DNA of 64,000 nucleotides from Minutocellus sp. GHC0000111 (taxonomy: Eukaryota), in contig OZ361260.1 in the NCBI GenBank assembly GCA_977018835.1, positions 1,550,001-1,614,000 on the forward strand. The letters run 5' to 3'. Positions 58,639-64,000 of the stretch are shown one piece after another. A model generated the notes under the pieces. The model did no database searches, was not told the origin of the DNA, and saw only the letters and a list, made by a program, of their open reading frames with translations. Position 1 is the first letter of the stretch. Each line of letters starts with the position of its first letter. A program made the translations under genes and the position numbers.

Positions 58639-60344
58639 ATGGCTCTTCGTAGTGGAAAGAAGAGAGTTCCTTCGCCGGATCCTGTCCCCTCCCCTCAGTC
58701 GACGCCAACGAAGAAGGCGGCGATGGAGTCGACTCCTCCATCCGAAGAGTCTCCCACTTCAGTTGCCGCTTCCGCCGTTGGGGCCGTATCCATCGGCGAC
58801 AAGAATGATCTTGCCAGTCCTCACGTGTCATCTTCTTCCGGTGTGCAGGCTGCGGGATCTGATTCTTCCAAGTCCCCTGATCCATCGCAGATCGCTTTCC
58901 TCGAGATGCTCAAAGCCAACAACCCCGAGGCCACCAAATACATCAGCCAACTCATTTCCCAGCTCGACGACAATTTCTCAATCTACGGTGGCACCGGCAA
59001 GGTGTGCTTTTCGGTCTATGGTCAGTATGTGTTCATGGATGTCAATCCTCTTCTCGTGATTCAGGTCGCTATGACCTGGCTCGATCACGAGAAGAACAAC
59101 TCTACTGAATCCGAGTGGGATCCTGATCGTATTCTTCTTCATACTTGCGATACAAGAGACGATATATACAAGCACGAGGATGTCGTCGGCCGCGATGTTC
59201 GTATCCTGCCATACGATGAACGTAACTTGCCCCTCGTTGCGTATCCTGCTGTTACCAAGATGCCTGCGCAGGGATCGAGTATTGTTCAGTACGATACTAC
59301 TATTGCTGCTGCCACTTCTAGTCCCAATTTCGCTGCTGGATCCGTCGCCGCTCTTCGTCATCAGATGTTGGATGACAATCTGTCCAGCCCTTCAGCTTCT
59401 TCAAAGTAAGCCTGTACACCATCATTGTTAATGTCCTTTGTGTGAAAACTATATATTTATTTTTGTTGAATATCCAACATTCCTAAATGACTAATCTCTC
59501 TTTTCTATGGCTCGAAAGTATTGGTCGCAATGCCAAACCCACTAAACTTAGCTTCAGCGAATCCCCTGCTGCTTCCACTGCCACTCCTGTTGTTGAAATC
59601 CAAGCTTCCGTTGAAAGTACCAAGCCATTTTCATTTAGTCCTGAGCTCCTCCAAACAGCCTCTGAGGAAGCTGCTGTCCCCGGCGATCCGACTATGCTTG
59701 CTACCATTACGAAAGCCATGAAGAATGGTACCGTCATCCTTGGAGTAATCAATATTTTTGATTCCAAGAATCCTCGTTCGAACAAACAGTTCTGGGGTGC
59801 GAAAGCCAACGTTATCATTCCCCTCGCTAAGATGTATGCAAAACATTGCCCTGGGTTTTCCTCCCTTCAGCCATTCATGGAATGTATGATTCCTGTTACT
59901 GTTCTACGTAACTCTTTCGACCGGAACCAGGACAGTCGTTTGTCTCGGCAGGGAACTTCAGCGACGTACTATGATTATGCAATCGCATTCGCCATTAATT
60001 CATCAGGCAAAGTGACCGGAGTATCGACTATGTTGACTACCTTTCTAGGAAAGTTGCTGAGCATGATGAAGCGTTCCGATTTTCGTTCTTCGTATCAGAG
60101 TATTTGCGACCGCAACCAGTCTTTGTCGGGTTTTGCGAATACCATTCGAGACAAGAATGACTTTTGGCTGACTTGGTCGCATCTCTCGTGCGCAACTGAA
60201 CACGTCCACCTTAACAAGTTCCTACCTGATGATGAAATCATTAAGCTGGGATCCTCCGTTCTCGGTATCGATGAACCCAAGGCCTGGCCCCCTGAGTTCC
60301 AGGCTGAATGCTGGAAGGACGGTCTACCCAGTGAGTATATCTAA
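58639..60344 (+). CDS. Element-borne hypothetical protein (~530 aa), intron 59406-59518
   Basis: ORFs 58639-59409 and 59487-60344 join in frame through GTAAG...branch CTAAT...AAG; basic N-terminus MALRSGKKR. Confidence 0.7.
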
Positions 60345-60545
60345 ATCACAATCCTTGAATCTAATACTACGCTATACCAATATTGTTTGCCTTGTTTCCA
60401 TGAAATTATCAAACCACGCTCTCAAAAATAAAAATATAAAAATATGCAAATCGAGCGAAAGTCAACTAATCATTTCCTCATGTCCAAGAGAATAAGAAGA
60501 AGAAGAATTTAAAGACTGAGGATCTGACATAGTTAAGACTCTTTA

Positions 60546-60706
60546 TAACAGCATTGTAACTTACATCACCACCTCTTACGTATATTTCATTTTCAAATAA
60601 ATTAGACTGCCTCGACTATCTCTTTCTAACAGCATTATTACTTACATAACCACCTCTTATGTATATTTCATTTCCTACTAGTAGACTGCCTTGACTATCT
60701 TCCCAG
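60546..60706 (+). repeat. Tandem duplication, two ~81-bp units, immediately upstream of the Rep gene
   Basis: TAACAGCATT...CTTACAT.ACCACCTCTTA.GTATATTTCATTT...TAGACTGCCT.GACTATCT begins at 60546 and again at 60627. Confidence 0.85.
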
Positions 60707-60722
60707 TAACGGAAAAGAATCA

Positions 60723-63700
60723 ATGGAATGGCTCATTAATGTCAAATTACCAATTTTTCTCGGTGATGAGGACAAATTCCCTCATACCGACATGGTAGTG
60801 GCTCCTAACTGGTGTCCCGGTTGGATTCTCGATCAGATGATTAAGGAACAAGCATGTGAAATTTTTGATTGCCTTGACGAAGCTCTCATGTGCATTTTCG
60901 AGAAGCGAATCTTTGCAGCCTCAGCCCGTCCTATCGAAGACCTGGGTTTTTTCAACTGTTGCACTGTGTCAGTCGAAGCAAGAAATGAATGGAACATATA
61001 CATACTGCTTCCTCGCGGTTTCGTATTTGAACACCCTTTGTCTGCAGATCCTCTAACATCATCGAACGATCTCAACAATCGAATCCTGTACCTGGCGTCT
61101 TGGATCATGGGAATCAGTCCTGATTCTCTTTACGTTCTCTACAACGGAACTCCATTAGCACGAGCAACGTCAGTTCCTCTGTATGCTTTAGCTCTACACA
61201 ACAATTCCTATGTCACTGTTTTCCAACGTGTGCGCGGAGGCATCTGCGTTGCTCAGAATTCCTCTGGCAGAAAGAGATCGGTAAGTCAAACAGTATCTTA
61301 CATCGTCTAAATCTAACATTTATCTCTGTTGAATATTCAACAAAAGTAAATACAATAAGTTTAGTAATGTCTCACATGAAACAATAATTACGCTTTCTAC
61401 TGTGTCTTTCCAGACTTTTTCAGATAAATCAAGAAGACCGGCACGGGATTCTCGTCACAATGACAAGAAGCGTGCCGAACGGGAATCACTTCCAAGATCT
61501 GAAACAAAGCCACCATACTGGAATCGGTTACCATCATACAGTCCTGATCTTGTCCAGACAATCTGGGAAGACTCCATCGACTTCGACTTGACCATGGACG
61601 ACCCCTTTAATTCCGTCAGTCAAGAAGATTACGTGTTCAGGATTAAGAAAGCCGAGACCTTGATAAAGGCAGCTAAGAAGGCAGGTCTTGGTATTGGCTT
61701 CAATAGAGAGTCATTCAGGAAAGCTCCGCATTACGAACAAAAGATCCTCGAATCCATTTTCCGCTTTGAATACAGGATGGCAAACGTAGACCACTCCGTC
61801 TGTTCTTCATGCCACGGAAGTAGCATCGATATGAAGACTACCATTAAGGAATCTATATGCAGCAAATGCCAAGACAAGACGAGGAAGACTGCTTACAATT
61901 CCCAAAATGCCATGCTACCAACATGGACTGATGAAAATGGTAATACGCAATACAACATACCAGAAGAGCTCGAAGGTCTATCTATCGCCGAAATTCTTTT
62001 AATTCAGAGAGTTTCACCCCTCGTCCCTCTAGTTCATATTAAAAACGGAACGTTAGGTATAAAAGGTCACGTTTGTTCATTTCTTCAAGACGTTAACGAA
62101 GTTGCCACTCGTCTGCCGAGGCTGCCTACTGAAGTGAAAGCAGTGAAAATGATTCGATCCTACAATGGTAGCAGCGAGGTCAACAACGTGAAAGTTTTCA
62201 TCGTGAACCGCCATCGAGTAATGAGAGCACTTTGCTGGCTTGTCAGATTCCACCGTGACTACAAGAGAGCGTATGAATGTGGATAATTGACCATCGATCC
62301 ATCTAGTCTCGATTGGATGGATGGAAATGACGAAACTACCCTTCCGTCTATTGTATTAACTAGAAAATGCGAAACTCAATCCGAACTAGACATCGATGAG
62401 AACAGTGGAGTATCAAGAAAGCAATGCATTGAACCAGATGAAAGTAACGACGAATTCGAATCATCAGGAATATCCTGCCCCGAAAACGCTGCTTTGTCAT
62501 CCGAAGCCAACGACAAAATCATCAGGTCGCTAAAGGAAGCAGCAAAAGAAGGAAAATCAAAGATTCCGGCACTGGATTGGCCCCAGCAGTCATCAGAGGC
62601 AATATCTGAATTCGACGGATCAATTCGAATATTCGTGAATGCATTTCCACATCTATTTCCAGGAGGAATAGGTGATGCTTCCGAAGACAGTAGAAAAGTT
62701 GCTATATCAATCGGGAAGTGGGCAAAACACATGCTTTTGTATACTGATGGAAGATTCGCCAGAGATCCCGTCTGGAGCTTCTTCGCTTATAATTTCTGCC
62801 TCCGACAAAGGAACAAGGAGTCTGGATCAATTTTTGTAAATAGTGTTATATCTAGACCACCACTGTCGCTTGAAGAGTTACAGACTTCCTTAAGAAATGG
62901 TGATACTTCATTCGTGAATAAAATGGCTTTCTACATCAAGCGAATCCGAGGATCCGATGCATACTGGCGACAAAAAAGAGCCGAGCTTTACAATTGGATA
63001 CATTATCACATCGGGGAAGGACATGGGGCACCTAATGGTTTCTTTACGCTTTCATGTGCAGAATACTTTTGGCCAGACATGATAAGACTACTCGAAGACA
63101 GAATATGGATAGCCGAAGGACGACATCGAAACGGTCCTGGTGCTAAAACCGAACGACACGGAAAAGAAATCGACTTAACGAATGACAGAAAAGCGAGAAA
63201 CAAGGCAGTTAATGACTACGCGATAGTCATCCAGGAATTCTTCATCCACCGGACAGAAGACTTTCTCAACACAGTTGGAAAAGATATGTTAGGAATAGAG
63301 CACTACTGGCTACGCTTTGAATTTGCTAAGGGAAGAGGGCAAATCCACGCACATATTCTGGTCATACTAAAGAAATTTCTACAGAATGAAATCCAACAAC
63401 AAGTCGACGCTGCGAAAGGAAATAGAGAAAAAGAAGCAAAAGCAGTGGCGAAATGGGCCGAAAAACATTTCGGAATGACAGCACAGTACAATAAAGAACA
63501 GGCAGAGAATGAGACAAAGTAAGTACGCAGTGTCCAAATTTTTCTCATTTACGTTTGTTGAACATTCGACATTAATAAATACCAATCCATCGAACTCCTA
63601 CAATTTTACCAGGCAAGCATCGACGATCAGACTTGCAGATGTTACGGACTACAGAAAGGATGAGGCTAAACTATGCGAAGAATGCATGATGCACACATGC

Positions 63701-64000
63701 AGTGGATATTGCATGAGACATCCAAAAGGAAAGAAGAAGAAGAAAAGATGCTGCCGTGCTGGGGCCGGAGAAGAAAAAACAAAGAATAGAAACGACACTC
63801 CTGGTTTCCCAATGCGGGATGCTCCAGCTATTACTCACGACCACAGGGGATTTCTGAAACTCGAGATGCCACGGAATCATCCGCGTTTGGTCCAAGCTCC
63901 GCTAACAATTTTGAGAGGTTGGAGAGGTAATTGCGACTTTAAAATCCTGTTGTACAAATCCACGAATGGAAAACCACATCCCGAAGAAATATCAACAGTG
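60723..64000 (+). pseudogene. Helitron Rep(Hel) transposase with an N-terminal ubiquitin-like domain; introns 61281-61413 and 63519-63612; in-frame TAA at 62284-62286; 3' end outside the window
   Basis: CxxC/CxxC zinc finger; IPEELEGLSIAEILLIQRV...KGHVCSFLQ...LPRLP; FPHLFPGG; IRGSDAYW; Rep motif 1 FFTLSCAE; HUH motif RFEFAKGRGQIHAH; then MHTCSGYC...CR...RNHPRL...WRGNCD in exon 3. Confidence 0.9.

Larger units (their letters stand above)
53318..63571. repeat. Dispersed 16-bp palindrome TGTTGAATATTCAACA (7 copies)
   Basis: Copies start at 53318, 55053, 57936, 57993, 59464, 61327 and 63556, with 0-2 mismatches each. Confidence 0.9.
52116..64000 (+). mobile_element. Large Helitron-like (Helentron/Helitron2-type) rolling-circle element with accessory genes; runs off the right edge of the window
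   Basis: HUH Rep gene from 60723 onward; drop in GC and loss of recognisable host genes from about 52.1 kb; one palindrome family spread from 53.3 to 63.6 kb; T-run plus hairpin at 52116-52155 as candidate left end. Confidence 0.7.

Noticed and set aside
55675..62286. Alternative genetic code (TAA read as sense) in the element, suggested by in-frame TAA at 55675 and 62284
   Set aside because: Only one per long gene and TAA terminates other genes normally; single nonsense mutations are simpler.
53318..63571. Palindromic repeats as a CRISPR array or integron attC-like cassette sites
   Set aside because: Copies are only 16 bp, irregularly spaced (57 bp to about 2.9 kb) and lie in spliceosomal introns; no cas or integrase gene.
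52116..64000. Endogenous giant virus or Polinton origin for the AT-richer block
   Set aside because: No capsid, PolB, packaging ATPase or integrase motifs recognised; the only identifiable gene is a Helitron-type HUH Rep.
1..64000. tRNA or rRNA genes
   Set aside because: No cloverleaf or rRNA-like segments recognised by eye.

Overview
Gene-dense eukaryotic nuclear DNA, almost certainly from a diatom (short GT-AG introns, bipartite ASAF-type plastid-targeting presequences, nuclear chlD, stramenopile-type bHLH-PAS). Bases 1 to about 51,900 hold roughly 24 host genes: sulfotransferase, bHLH-PAS, TPR protein, RPS19, a CENP-O-like protein, patatin, mitochondrial carrier, RPL27A, FIP1, BRWD/PHIP, START protein, PFK, chlD, a bestrophin fragment, SNF2-PHD, threonine aldolase, GLDH, DUF2237 and a GLUT-type transporter, among others. 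At least 8 of them carry frameshifts, nonsense codons or truncations. From about 52,120 to the window end lies the left part of a large (>11.8 kb) Helitron-like rolling-circle element. Its spliced Rep gene starts with a ubiquitin-like domain ending in RVRGG, and it carries large spliced accessory genes with no recognisable family. At least 7 copies of a 16-bp palindrome (TGTTGAATATTCAACA) sit in its introns and non-coding gaps. Intergenic DNA is also rich in TA-[palindrome]-TA motifs, and two coding frameshifts are repaired exactly by removing such a TA-duplicating insert, which suggests transposon footprints. All family assignments come from reading motifs by eye; no database search was run.
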